IMG/VR virus record: IMGVR_UViG_3300030395_000158
Location: 1-32,156 of that record
Origin: a virus
Lineage: Duplodnaviria; Caudoviricetes
Length of the DNA: 32,156 bases
Direction: 5' to 3' (one strand)
The position numbers and the translations under genes were made by a program. Shown piece after piece: positions 8,994 through 17,797 of the stretch. The notes under the pieces are model-generated. The model saw only the letters and a list, made by a program, of their open reading frames with translations, was not told the origin of the DNA and searched no databases. Numbering within the stretch: the stretch's first letter is position 1; each line of letters begins with the position of its first letter.

Positions 8994-9713
8994 ATGAAAA
9001 AAAATAGATTAAGTTATTCATCTTTAGCTCAGTTTAAAAAATCTCCTAATCATTTATTAGCATACTGGAATAAAGAATTTAAAGCTACTGATGCTATGCA
9101 GTTTGGTAGTTTAATTCATAAGATGTTATTAGAACCAGATACATTTAATAATGATTTTGCAATATTTGAAGGCGCAAGAAGAGCTGGAAAACAATGGTTA
9201 GAGTTTAAAGAAGAAAACGAAGGCAAAACATTAATTAAGCAACAAGAATTAGATGATGCAAATAGAATAATTAACAATGCAATGTTACATCCAGTACTTA
9301 CTGAAATGATGCAAAATAAAATAGATACAGAAATTAAATTAGAATGGAGTTATAAAGATGTTAATTTTCTTGGCTTTGCAGACCTTTTAACAACGTTTAA
9401 CGGTAAGAAGTGTATAGTAGATATAAAAACCACTAATGATGCTGGAAAACGCTTTGAAAGAGATTTATATTATAATGATTATAAAATGCAGTTGGCAATG
9501 TATCAAGACCAATATGATAAAGATACAGATGTTTATATAGTAGCAATAGAAACTAAAATGCCATTTAATGTTCAGATATATAAATTAGATGAAAGTTTAT
9601 TATTTAAAGGTTGGATGGACTATGATTATTATACAGATAAATTTAAAGAATGGAACGGGGAGCCACAAGGTTACTCCAGTGACATTATAGAAATAAAAAC
9701 AGAAATAGAATAA
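8994..9713 (+). CDS. PD-(D/E)XK exonuclease (RecE/exonuclease VIII-like)
   Basis: LSYSSL, AMQFGSLIH, G.AD...IVDIKTT, Y.MQLAMY motifs. Confidence 0.85.
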   Translation: MKKNRLSYSSLAQFKKSPNHLLAYWNKEFKATDAMQFGSLIHKMLLEPDTFNNDFAIFEGARRAGKQWLEFKEENEGKTLIKQQELDDANRIINNAMLHPVLTEMMQNKIDTEIKLEWSYKDVNFLGFADLLTTFNGKKCIVDIKTTNDAGKRFERDLYYNDYKMQLAMYQDQYDKDTDVYIVAIETKMPFNVQIYKLDESLLFKGWMDYDYYTDKFKEWNGEPQGYSSDIIEIKTEIE

Positions 9714-9715
9714 AT

Positions 9716-9871
9716 ATGAAAAAACTTGCAATAATAGGAGGACTTAGTTTAATGACTGCTGGTGCAACTAATATGTTATGGCATAAGCAGAAGTTTAATA
9801 ACAACCCTAATACATTTGCAATAGCTACAGGAGGGTTTTTTGTAGCTGTAGGAATAACCTACAAATTTTAA
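9716..9871 (+). CDS. 51-aa exported/membrane peptide ending VGITYKF (not in the ORF track)
   Basis: MKKLAIIGGLSLMTAGATNMLWHKQKFNNNPNTFAIATGGFFVAVGITYKF; fills the gap exactly. Confidence 0.7.
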   Translation: MKKLAIIGGLSLMTAGATNMLWHKQKFNNNPNTFAIATGGFFVAVGITYKF

Positions 9872-9887
9872 TTAAAAACAAATAACA

Positions 9888-10151
9888 ATGGATAAAAAAG
9901 AAAAAACAATATATTGTGGTGGTGGTAAAATCATGAATGATAAATGGTTAAAAGTAACTATTAATCCAACTAAATTAGCTGATTACATACAAGAATACAA
10001 CGGTAACAAATTTATCAAACTAAATATTAATTTAAAAGATGAGCCAGACCAATATGGTAAAGATGTAAGTATTAGCATAGATACTTGGAAACCCGAACCA
10101 CAAGAAGAAACAAAAGCTGTAAGTGATACTTCAAACGATTTACCCTTTTAA
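9888..10151 (+). CDS. Putative single-stranded DNA-binding protein
   Basis: Small beta-rich protein with acidic C-terminal tail ending DLPF. Confidence 0.7.
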   Translation: MDKKEKTIYCGGGKIMNDKWLKVTINPTKLADYIQEYNGNKFIKLNINLKDEPDQYGKDVSISIDTWKPEPQEETKAVSDTSNDLPF

Positions 10152-10156
10152 ATATA

Positions 10157-10474
10157 ATGAAGCAATCAAAGGTCTTAGAAGCATTGGGTTTAACGTCACA
10201 GGATATACAAAATATGTTAATGAACGGTTACACAATGCCAGAGATAGCAAAGAAGTATAAAATAGAATACATTTCTTTGGTACAAGCATACAAAGTACAA
10301 AAGAAAAATTACAAGTATGTTGATTTTATACAACCAAAAAAAGAAGTAGAGGACATAAAAAAAGTGTCCTTTACTTTCGATAAACTATATAATGAAGAAG
10401 CTCTTAATGAAAATGAATTATTAGCTTATTATAAATACGAACAAAAACACAAAGCATATTATAAAATAAATTAA
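10157..10474 (+). CDS. Putative HTH DNA-binding protein
   Basis: GYTMPEIAKKYKI helix-turn-helix-like segment. Confidence 0.5.
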   Translation: MKQSKVLEALGLTSQDIQNMLMNGYTMPEIAKKYKIEYISLVQAYKVQKKNYKYVDFIQPKKEVEDIKKVSFTFDKLYNEEALNENELLAYYKYEQKHKAYYKIN

Positions 10475-10484
10475 AACTAAAATT

Positions 10485-11123
10485 ATGAAAGAAGTATTAA
10501 TAAATAATAAACAATATAAAGATTTAATTGCATTACAAAGTAATAAATCAAATAAAGCATTCTTAAATCGTATGATTGAATGTAAAAGTATAGAATTATA
10601 TAAAGATGATATTGTAGCAGATATAGGCGCATATATTGGTGAATATTCTATATATGCAATAAATCAAGGGGTTAAAAAAGTAATATCTTATGAAGCAACT
10701 CCAGAAACTTTTAATATTTTAAATAAAAATAAAAGAGGAAATATGATTGTAAATAATTTAGCTGTTGTCCCTGATAATAGAAGTAAAACTAAATTACATA
10801 TCTCTAAAGGTATCGGTGTTACAAATAGCATTGTAAAGTCAGATAGAAAAAGTCATTTTATTGAAATAGATTGTATTAGATATGAAAATGCTGTAAAAGA
10901 AGCAACTGTTGTTAAAATTGATGTTGAAGGTGCTGAATATGATTACAATATTATTCAAGATAATTTAAGGGCTATTATATTAGAGTTTCATCCAATTAAT
11001 AACTGTGACTGGATGCAAAACGCCAGAAAAATTATGGATGATATTAAAAACGCTGGATTTAAAAGTATTATAGAGCCAACATTTAAATCTGGATGGAATA
11101 TGGCTGCAAGTTTTAAAAGATAA
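10485..11123 (+). CDS. FkbM-family SAM-dependent methyltransferase
   Basis: DIGAYIG motif I, SYEA.P, KIDVEGAE, LEFH. Confidence 0.85.
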   Translation: MKEVLINNKQYKDLIALQSNKSNKAFLNRMIECKSIELYKDDIVADIGAYIGEYSIYAINQGVKKVISYEATPETFNILNKNKRGNMIVNNLAVVPDNRSKTKLHISKGIGVTNSIVKSDRKSHFIEIDCIRYENAVKEATVVKIDVEGAEYDYNIIQDNLRAIILEFHPINNCDWMQNARKIMDDIKNAGFKSIIEPTFKSGWNMAASFKR

Positions 11124-11127
11124 AATT

Positions 11128-11523
11128 ATGAAACAATACGATTTATTTAATAAGAAAAAAGATGATAATATAAAAAAATATACATCTAAAATTAAAGCGC
11201 CGATTTACGAACCTAAAAATAAAAAACCTCATATATTAGAGCTTTATGACAAAACTAAATATTTAAGACTATTAAGAGAAATTGATAGGTCTAACATATC
11301 AGTTGAGGATAAGCAATTTCTTGTAGACGCAGCTAAAAGACATATTGTATTTAATTATCAAAAGATAGCAGACTATTATGCGCATTCAAATAAGGATGTA
11401 CAACATTTAATGGAGCGTTCTGCTTTAGTAATTATTGACCTTGAAAAAGCTCTACAATACGGTTATATGAAACTTAGCTATGATATATCACAACAATTTT
11501 TAGAAGAAAAAACAAATGAATAA
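11128..11523 (+). CDS. Hypothetical protein coupled to the glycosyltransferase
   Basis: 131 aa (KYTSKIKAPIYEP...AAKRHIVFNYQKIADYYAH...SALVIID); overlaps the GT start. Confidence 0.7.
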   Translation: MKQYDLFNKKKDDNIKKYTSKIKAPIYEPKNKKPHILELYDKTKYLRLLREIDRSNISVEDKQFLVDAAKRHIVFNYQKIADYYAHSNKDVQHLMERSALVIIDLEKALQYGYMKLSYDISQQFLEEKTNE

Positions 11524-12391
11524 TAAAGATTTTGTTGCAATGATATTATCACACGGTAGACCTAATAATGTTTATACATATAAAACATTAAGAAAACATG
11601 GCTACACAGGCGACATAATAATTGTTGTAGATAACGAGGATAAAACAATAGAAGAATATAAAAAAAACTTTGAAAAAGTTGTTGTTTTTAATAAAGAAAA
11701 GATAGCTAAAGAAACAGATCAAGGGGATAATTTAAACGATTTAAGAACAACTACACACGCACGAAATGCTATGTTTAAAATTGCTAAATATTATAACTAT
11801 AAATATTTTATACAATTAGATGATGACTACACTGATTTTAGATATAGATATTTAATGGATAAATATATAACAACTTTAACTAAAGAGTATGACTGTAATG
11901 GAAAACTTAAAAACTTAGATAAAGCATTTAATACTTTATTAGAATTTTATAAAAAAATAAATGCAAAAAGTATAGCTATATCACAAGGTGGTGACTTTAT
12001 AGGTGGCGAAGGATGTGGTATGATTTCTAATTATGAAAGATTATCGCGAAAATGTATGAACAGTTTTATATGTTCTGTAGATAGACCTTTTAAATTTATA
12101 TCAAGACTTAATGAGGATGTTAATACCTATTTAAGTTTAGGAGCAAGAGGTGATTTATTTTTAACGTTACCTTATATAGGTTTAGAACAAAAATCAACAC
12201 AAGCTACATCTGGCGGAATGACTGATACATATCTTGATAATGGTACATATCAAAAAAGTTTCTTTTCTGTTATGTATTGTCCAAGCTTTGTTAAAATATC
12301 TTTAATGGGCGTTAGTAATAAAAGATTACATCATACTGTGGACTGGAATAAAGCAGTACCAAAAATAATATCAGAAGAATACAAAAAATAA
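11516..12391 (+). CDS. GT-A fold glycosyltransferase, TET-associated (TAGT)/GREB1-like
   Basis: ILSHGRP, ARN, LDDD, NEDV, GGMT, KSF and RLHH motifs. Confidence 0.75.
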   Translation: MNNKDFVAMILSHGRPNNVYTYKTLRKHGYTGDIIIVVDNEDKTIEEYKKNFEKVVVFNKEKIAKETDQGDNLNDLRTTTHARNAMFKIAKYYNYKYFIQLDDDYTDFRYRYLMDKYITTLTKEYDCNGKLKNLDKAFNTLLEFYKKINAKSIAISQGGDFIGGEGCGMISNYERLSRKCMNSFICSVDRPFKFISRLNEDVNTYLSLGARGDLFLTLPYIGLEQKSTQATSGGMTDTYLDNGTYQKSFFSVMYCPSFVKISLMGVSNKRLHHTVDWNKAVPKIISEEYKK

Positions 12392-12416
12392 AATCAAACT
12401 AAATAAAATCAAACAA

Positions 12417-12902
12417 ATGAAAAAAGAAATATATAATGAGAATTATCACAATAATAAATTTAATTTTTTAATTAGCAAACTATTTGACGAAAGACGAACA
12501 ATAATGGACTTTGATACTTTTATATCAGCAGGAAATAAATTAGCTTTCTTAATAGACCATAAGCAGGAGGACCCATGGGATGAAATTAGTATTAACTTAT
12601 TAAAAAATCTTATGAACTTTAATAATTTAAAACTAAATAATAATTGTCTTTTAAAATCTTTTGTAGTTAGAAGCAATATACATTTATTTAATAAAGATAC
12701 AGAGGCAAAAACATCTTGTTTTACAACTATTTATGAGTTAATAGACTTTAATAAAGATTTAATGTATAAAAAAACAAACGAATTAAACCCTAAAGAATTT
12801 ATTAAAAACTCTTATACTTTAAGAAGTGACGAAGAATTAAAAAACTTTTTTAATCCAGAAACTCACGAAAAATTTAAACTTGATATAATAAATAGATTAT
12901 GA
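12417..12902 (+). CDS. Hypothetical protein, possible PD-(D/E)XK-fold nuclease
   Basis: MDFD-x11-IDHK spacing resembles a restriction-endonuclease-fold active site; weak. Confidence 0.5.
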   Translation: MKKEIYNENYHNNKFNFLISKLFDERRTIMDFDTFISAGNKLAFLIDHKQEDPWDEISINLLKNLMNFNNLKLNNNCLLKSFVVRSNIHLFNKDTEAKTSCFTTIYELIDFNKDLMYKKTNELNPKEFIKNSYTLRSDEELKNFFNPETHEKFKLDIINRL

Positions 12903-13306
12903 AAGAATTACCATATTTTAAATTTTATCCTAATCAGTGGATAACTGGCAGTATATCATTTATGGATTTAGATGTACAGGGTGCGTTTATAAAAGTTTGC
13001 TGCTACTACTGGAGCAAAGAATGTAACGTTACAAGAAAACAAATAAAAGCATTAATACCAAAACAATGGAGTGTATTAGTAGATGCTGAGTTATTTAAGA
13101 TAGAAAACGAATCTATTAGCATTAAATGGTTAGATGAACAATATCAAGAGAGATTAAAAGAGCATAAAAGAAATGTTTTAAATGGTCGCAAGGGTGGGTT
13201 AAGCAGGGGTAAAGCATTAAGAAAAGAAGAGAAAAGAAAAGATAAATATGCAAATGATAATTTATTAAAAGTAAATGATGAAGTGCAAAAACTTCTTGAC
13301 CAATGA
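12899..13306 (+). CDS. Putative replication initiator (DUF1376/YdaU-like winged helix)
   Basis: LPYFKFYPNQW..G.I...GAFI..C.YW N-terminus, NGRKGG linker; directly upstream of the helicase. Confidence 0.7.
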   Translation: MKELPYFKFYPNQWITGSISFMDLDVQGAFIKVCCYYWSKECNVTRKQIKALIPKQWSVLVDAELFKIENESISIKWLDEQYQERLKEHKRNVLNGRKGGLSRGKALRKEEKRKDKYANDNLLKVNDEVQKLLDQ

Positions 13307-14148
13307 TATTAGAAGATAAAGCTACTATACCATATTTAAAAGCATTTAAAGAAGGTAGAATTAAAAAAGGTATTGGCATTAATTGTTTATTAGATGATTA
13401 CTTTCTTTATAAGAATGGTAATTTTAATATGTTTCTTGGCTTAGATAATGTTGGTAAAACTAATTTTATATTATGGTACTTAACTGCTTTAAGTAAATTA
13501 CATGGTAAGAAATGGTGTATCTGGAGTGGCGAAAACAATGCTGGGCAACTTAAAAGAGATATAATTCAAATGTGGACTGGCGAAGCTATTAAAGATTTAA
13601 ACGAATATTTATTTTATCACGATGAAATTAGTAAGTATTTTAAATTTATTGATAATAGAAAACTTTACAATCATAAAGAACTATTAGAAATATTTGATAA
13701 AGAAGATTGTGATGGTGCATTAATAGACCCTTATACAGGTATTAACCACGATAGAAGAATATCACAATTTGAAAGAAATTATCAAGTTTGCAATGATGTT
13801 AGAGAGTTTTGCAATAGAACAGGCAAAACAGTATTTATTGCAATGCACCCACAAACAGAAGCAGCAAGAAGAGTATATCCACCAGACCATCAATTAAATG
13901 GACATATACAACCACCACGTAAAGCTGATTGTGAAGGTGGGCAAGTATTTCCAAATAGAGTAGATAATTTTATTTGTTTACATAGATTAATTTCACACGA
14001 TAAATTGTGGATGATGACAGAAGTACACGTATATAAAATCAAAGATAAAGAAACAGGTGGTAAGCCAACAATGTTAGGAGAGCCATTAAGATTTGATTAT
14101 AATAGTGGTTTAGGTTTTACAATTGGTGGTAATAACGTATTAAAATAA
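13303..14148 (+). CDS. DnaB/T7 gp4-like (SF4) replicative helicase
   Basis: Walker A GLDNVGKT, SGEN, Walker B LIDP, MHP, K.K...G motifs. Confidence 0.85.
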   Translation: MILEDKATIPYLKAFKEGRIKKGIGINCLLDDYFLYKNGNFNMFLGLDNVGKTNFILWYLTALSKLHGKKWCIWSGENNAGQLKRDIIQMWTGEAIKDLNEYLFYHDEISKYFKFIDNRKLYNHKELLEIFDKEDCDGALIDPYTGINHDRRISQFERNYQVCNDVREFCNRTGKTVFIAMHPQTEAARRVYPPDHQLNGHIQPPRKADCEGGQVFPNRVDNFICLHRLISHDKLWMMTEVHVYKIKDKETGGKPTMLGEPLRFDYNSGLGFTIGGNNVLK

Positions 14149-14154
14149 AAAACA

Positions 14155-14394
14155 ATGAGATATAAATATGAAGATATAGAAAAGTTTATGGAGTTTAAAA
14201 CTTGGACTGATAAAGATAAAATAGATAAATTACTTGAAATAGATTGTAGTTTATATGCACATCTTGGCAAAGATTCTACTAAATCAGAGAAAGAAGAAGT
14301 TAAAAGAAAAAGTATAGATATATACAGAACGATAAAAACATTAGATAAAAAAATGGGTGATTTATTTTTATACTCAGAAGATTTAAAACAATGA
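14155..14394 (+). CDS. Hypothetical protein
   Basis: 79 aa ORF in operon. Confidence 0.75.
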   Translation: MRYKYEDIEKFMEFKTWTDKDKIDKLLEIDCSLYAHLGKDSTKSEKEEVKRKSIDIYRTIKTLDKKMGDLFLYSEDLKQ

Positions 14395-14654
14395 ATGATT
14401 TAGATTACACAATAACAAAGAACAAATTAGAAATACTGCTTTTAAAAGCTCAAGAAGGTTTAAAGAGTGGTAAAGTAACGCAAAGCAAATTAGATGCTGT
14501 AGAAACGCTCCAAGACACTTTAAAATGTATGTTAGAGCTGAGGTTTACAATTGATGAACTAAATAAAAAACAAAGTTTGTTAACAATGCAAAATATAAAA
14601 TCTTATAAAGAAACTGCAGAACTTAAGAAAAAATTTAATACTTTTAAAAAATAA
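14391..14654 (+). CDS. Hypothetical coiled-coil protein
   Basis: 87 aa, ATGA overlap with upstream gene. Confidence 0.75.
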   Translation: MNDLDYTITKNKLEILLLKAQEGLKSGKVTQSKLDAVETLQDTLKCMLELRFTIDELNKKQSLLTMQNIKSYKETAELKKKFNTFKK

Positions 14655-14664
14655 ACTATAAATT

Positions 14665-14757
14665 ATGTATATAACATTATTATTAACAATAACACATTTA
14701 ACCTGTTTTATATTAGGTATAATAGTAACACACATCATTGAAAAAAAATTTAAATAA
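14665..14757 (+). CDS. 30-aa membrane peptide (not in the ORF track)
   Basis: MYITLLLTITHLTCFILGIIVTHIIEKKFK. Confidence 0.55.
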   Translation: MYITLLLTITHLTCFILGIIVTHIIEKKFK

Positions 14758-14914
14758 AAAGAAAAGAACGCTTAATGAGTACAGACAAACAAAGGACTCG
14801 TACTATATTAGCCCTAATACTCCTGTTGAGTATAATATTGCTCTATTGTGTAGGATATATCCTAATGATACCGAGCTTGGAGCTATAATTAGAAAACACT
14901 TCCAAAAGATATGA
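14738..14914 (+). CDS. 58-aa hypothetical protein, TTG start (not in the ORF track)
   Basis: ...RTLNEYRQTKD...YPNDTELGAIIRKHFQKI; stop overlaps the ATG at 14911; start uncertain. Confidence 0.5.
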   Translation: MKKNLNKKKRTLNEYRQTKDSYYISPNTPVEYNIALLCRIYPNDTELGAIIRKHFQKI

Positions 14915-15261
14915 GTTTAAATGCAAATCAAAAAGGTAAAAGATTCGAGTTAAAAATTGCAAAAGATTTAGCAAAGAAATTCGATACTAATATTAGAAGA
15001 ACACCCAATAGCGGTGGTTTAAGTATTAAAGGAGATATTATGACTACAAGCGGAATATTATCTGAATATAGCTGGGAGTGTAAAAACCAAGAGAAATTAA
15101 ATATCTGGAAAGCATTAGAACAAAGTAAAGGAGATGCAAGAGGAACACTAAAAACACCTGTGGTTGTATTTACTAAAAACTTTGAAAAAGATTATGTTGC
15201 TTTACAATATGATGACTTTGTTAATTTACTTCTTGAATTAAATGAGTACAGAAGTAGATAA
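14911..15261 (+). CDS. Putative Holliday junction resolvase (archaeal Hjc-like PD-(D/E)XK)
   Basis: KGKRFE...RTPNSGG...GD...ECK motifs. Confidence 0.75.
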   Translation: MSLNANQKGKRFELKIAKDLAKKFDTNIRRTPNSGGLSIKGDIMTTSGILSEYSWECKNQEKLNIWKALEQSKGDARGTLKTPVVVFTKNFEKDYVALQYDDFVNLLLELNEYRSR

Positions 15262-15751
15262 TATATTAAATATATTAGTAAAGGATGACGATGTATGGCT
15301 TAAGATGGCTGAGGAAATAAGCGGTAACAGCAAAGTACAAGCAAAAGATTTATTACACGATTTCTACATAGCTTTACATAGCAAAGTTGATAACGGTAAA
15401 GTAAAAATTAACGATATTCTATATAACGATTCTTTAAATAAAGCGTTTATATATAAGATGATGCACAATATATTTATTGATAACATAAGAAATGACAAAG
15501 ATATATTAATAGATAAAGAACTAAAAAACATTATAGAAGCAGATAATGAACCATACATTGATATTGAAAAAGTAGTTGATGAAATAGTAGATGGCTTTTA
15601 CTGGTTTGATAGAAAATTATTTAATTTATATAGAAAAAAATTCCATAGTATAAGAAAACTATCCGCAGCAACTAATATATCACACGTAGTTGTATGGAGA
15701 ACTATAAACAATTGTATTAAAGAAATTAAAAAAAAAATTAATGAAAAGTAA
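15242..15751 (+). CDS. ECF-like RNA polymerase sigma factor
   Basis: Region-2-like AKDLLHDFYIAL...AFIYKMMHNIFIDNIR and region-4 HTH SIRKLSAATNISHVVVWRTI; 169 aa. Confidence 0.75.
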   Translation: MSTEVDNILNILVKDDDVWLKMAEEISGNSKVQAKDLLHDFYIALHSKVDNGKVKINDILYNDSLNKAFIYKMMHNIFIDNIRNDKDILIDKELKNIIEADNEPYIDIEKVVDEIVDGFYWFDRKLFNLYRKKFHSIRKLSAATNISHVVVWRTINNCIKEIKKKINEK

Positions 15752-16118
15752 AGGTTTAGGAGATACAGTAGAAAAGATAACAAAAGCTACAGGTATAAAA
15801 CAAGCTACTGATTGGATATTTGATAAACTTGGAAAAGATTGCGGATGTGATGCAAGGAAGAAAAAGCTAAATTCTATGTTTCCATATAAAGTAGAATGTT
15901 TAAATGAAGAAGAATATATATTTCTAAAAGGATTCTTCTCAATAAATAAAAACATAGTAAACAATATAGAACAAAAACAACTATTAACAATACATAATAG
16001 AGTGTTTAGCACCAACAAAAAACCATCAAGCTGTGGTAGTTGTGTAAAAGATTTAGTTAATACTATGAAAAGATTATATAATGAATATGAATACGAAAGA
16101 GAAAGTAAAAGCAATTGA
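15741..16118 (+). CDS. Cys-rich hypothetical protein
   Basis: GLGDTVEKIT..TGIK...DCGC..R and SSCGSC motifs. Confidence 0.75.
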   Translation: MKSKGLGDTVEKITKATGIKQATDWIFDKLGKDCGCDARKKKLNSMFPYKVECLNEEEYIFLKGFFSINKNIVNNIEQKQLLTIHNRVFSTNKKPSSCGSCVKDLVNTMKRLYNEYEYERESKSN

Positions 16119-16168
16119 AAAAAAGCTATTAATGTTTTTAAACAAATACACAGAAAATACACAGAAAG

Positions 16169-16510
16169 ATGTCAAAAGAAGACAATTTAATTTTATGGAA
16201 AAAAGGTCAGTCGGGAAACCCAAAAGGTAGGCCAAAAGGTAGTAAAAATAGAAGTACTATTTTAAAAGAATTAGCAGAACTTAGAACAAAAGGAATAGAC
16301 CCAGTTTCTGGTGAAGAAGTTTGGATGACTAATGAGTATAGAATGGCTATGGCTGTTATTGAGAAAGTTATTGAGAAAGGGGATCATCAAGCTCTTAATA
16401 TGGTTTTAGATAATATCTATGGTAAACAAAAAGATAGTGTTGATATACATACATCAGAAGAAGTAAATCACGATTTCAGAAAGATTATTGCACGGATTAA
16501 AGCTCAATAA
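16169..16510 (+). CDS. terS: Terminase small subunit
   Basis: WKKGQSGNPKGRPKGSKN (DUF5681-type) N-terminus; directly upstream of TerL. Confidence 0.75.
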   Translation: MSKEDNLILWKKGQSGNPKGRPKGSKNRSTILKELAELRTKGIDPVSGEEVWMTNEYRMAMAVIEKVIEKGDHQALNMVLDNIYGKQKDSVDIHTSEEVNHDFRKIIARIKAQ

Positions 16511-17699
16511 AAAGTACTTAGTATTTAATGAATCTTTTTCGCGTTACTTTATTGTAACTGGTGGAAGAGGTTCAGGTAAATCATTTGCAGTTAACTCTGT
16601 ACTATTACTATTAACTTATCAAGCTGGTCATACTATATTATTTACACGTTACACGCTTAGGGCTGCAAGCATTAGTATAATACCTGAATTTATAGAAAAG
16701 TTAGAACTGCTTGGAGTTATTGACCAATTCAAAATAACACGTGACGAGATAATAAATAAAGGTAATGGTAGTAAGATAATATTTAGAGGTATTAAAACAA
16801 GCTCAGGCGACCAAACAGCAAATCTTAAATCATTAACTGGTATTACTACTTGGGTAATGGATGAAGCAGAAGAATTAAATGATGAAGATATATTTGATAA
16901 AATAGATTTATCTGTTAGAAATAAAATACAAGAAAATAGAGTAATACTAATATTAAATCCAACAACAAAAGAGCATTTCATTTATAAAAGATGGTTTGAA
17001 GATAGAGGAGTTAGTGCTGGTAGTAATATAACAAAAGAAGATACTACATACATTCACACAACATATTTAGATAACTTAGATAATCTTTCAGAAAGCTATA
17101 TTAAGCAGATTGAAACAATGAAAGTTAGAAGGCCAAACAGATACAAGCATACAATAGAAGGTGCTTGGCTGGATAAAGCTGAGGGAGTTATATTTACTGA
17201 TTGGAGTATAGGAGAATTTAAACAAGTAGGCAAAGTTGTATTTGGCCAAGATTATGGTTTTAGCAACGACCCATCAACATTAGTTAAAACAAGTATAGAT
17301 AAAGAAAATAAAGTTATCTATATTCAACTATGTTTCTATCAAACTAAATTAACTACAAGCGAGATATTACAATTAAATAAAAAGTTTGCATCAGATAATT
17401 TAATAGTAGGTGATTCAGCAGAACCAAGATTAATAACAGAACTTAGTAGAGATTGTAATGTTGTGCCAGCTATCAAAGGACAAGGCAGTATTACGTTTGG
17501 TATTAGTTTATTACAAGATTATGATTTAGTAATTACTGAAGATAGTACAGAATTAATAAAAGAGTTAAATAACTATTGTTGGTTAGAAAAGAAAAGCCAA
17601 ACACCAGTTGATAATTTTAATCATGCTATTGATGCGTTGAGGTATGCAGTAAGCTATCAATTACAGAACCCAAATTTAGGCGAATATCACATATATTAA
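16488..17699 (+). CDS. terL: Terminase large subunit (PBSX/SPP1-like)
   Basis: GGRGSGKS Walker A, WVMDEAEE Walker B, LNP, GQDYGF.NDP, DSAEP, NHAIDALRY. Confidence 0.95.
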   Translation: MHGLKLNKKYLVFNESFSRYFIVTGGRGSGKSFAVNSVLLLLTYQAGHTILFTRYTLRAASISIIPEFIEKLELLGVIDQFKITRDEIINKGNGSKIIFRGIKTSSGDQTANLKSLTGITTWVMDEAEELNDEDIFDKIDLSVRNKIQENRVILILNPTTKEHFIYKRWFEDRGVSAGSNITKEDTTYIHTTYLDNLDNLSESYIKQIETMKVRRPNRYKHTIEGAWLDKAEGVIFTDWSIGEFKQVGKVVFGQDYGFSNDPSTLVKTSIDKENKVIYIQLCFYQTKLTTSEILQLNKKFASDNLIVGDSAEPRLITELSRDCNVVPAIKGQGSITFGISLLQDYDLVITEDSTELIKELNNYCWLEKKSQTPVDNFNHAIDALRYAVSYQLQNPNLGEYHIY

Positions 17700-17700
17700 A

Positions 17701-17797
17701 GCGGTGCTTAAGCCACCCTTAAGCATTTAGATAAGATAAGAAAAGATAAGATATATAAGAAAAATAAAAAAAAAGTTTAAAAAAGTTTTTTTATTTA
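17701..17797. other. Candidate replication origin: CTTAAGC repeats, AGATA/AGAAA repeats and AT-rich tract
   Basis: Homologous to 13190-13248 inside the initiator gene (see findings). Confidence 0.5.

Noticed and set aside
16081-16230. 49-aa ORF bridging the Cys-rich gene and terS
   Set aside because: Mostly overlaps both neighbours with no recognisable motif; possible but unsupported
17701-17760. CRISPR-like or mini-array repeat
   Set aside because: Only short 5-7 nt repeats without spacers; better explained as origin-like sequence
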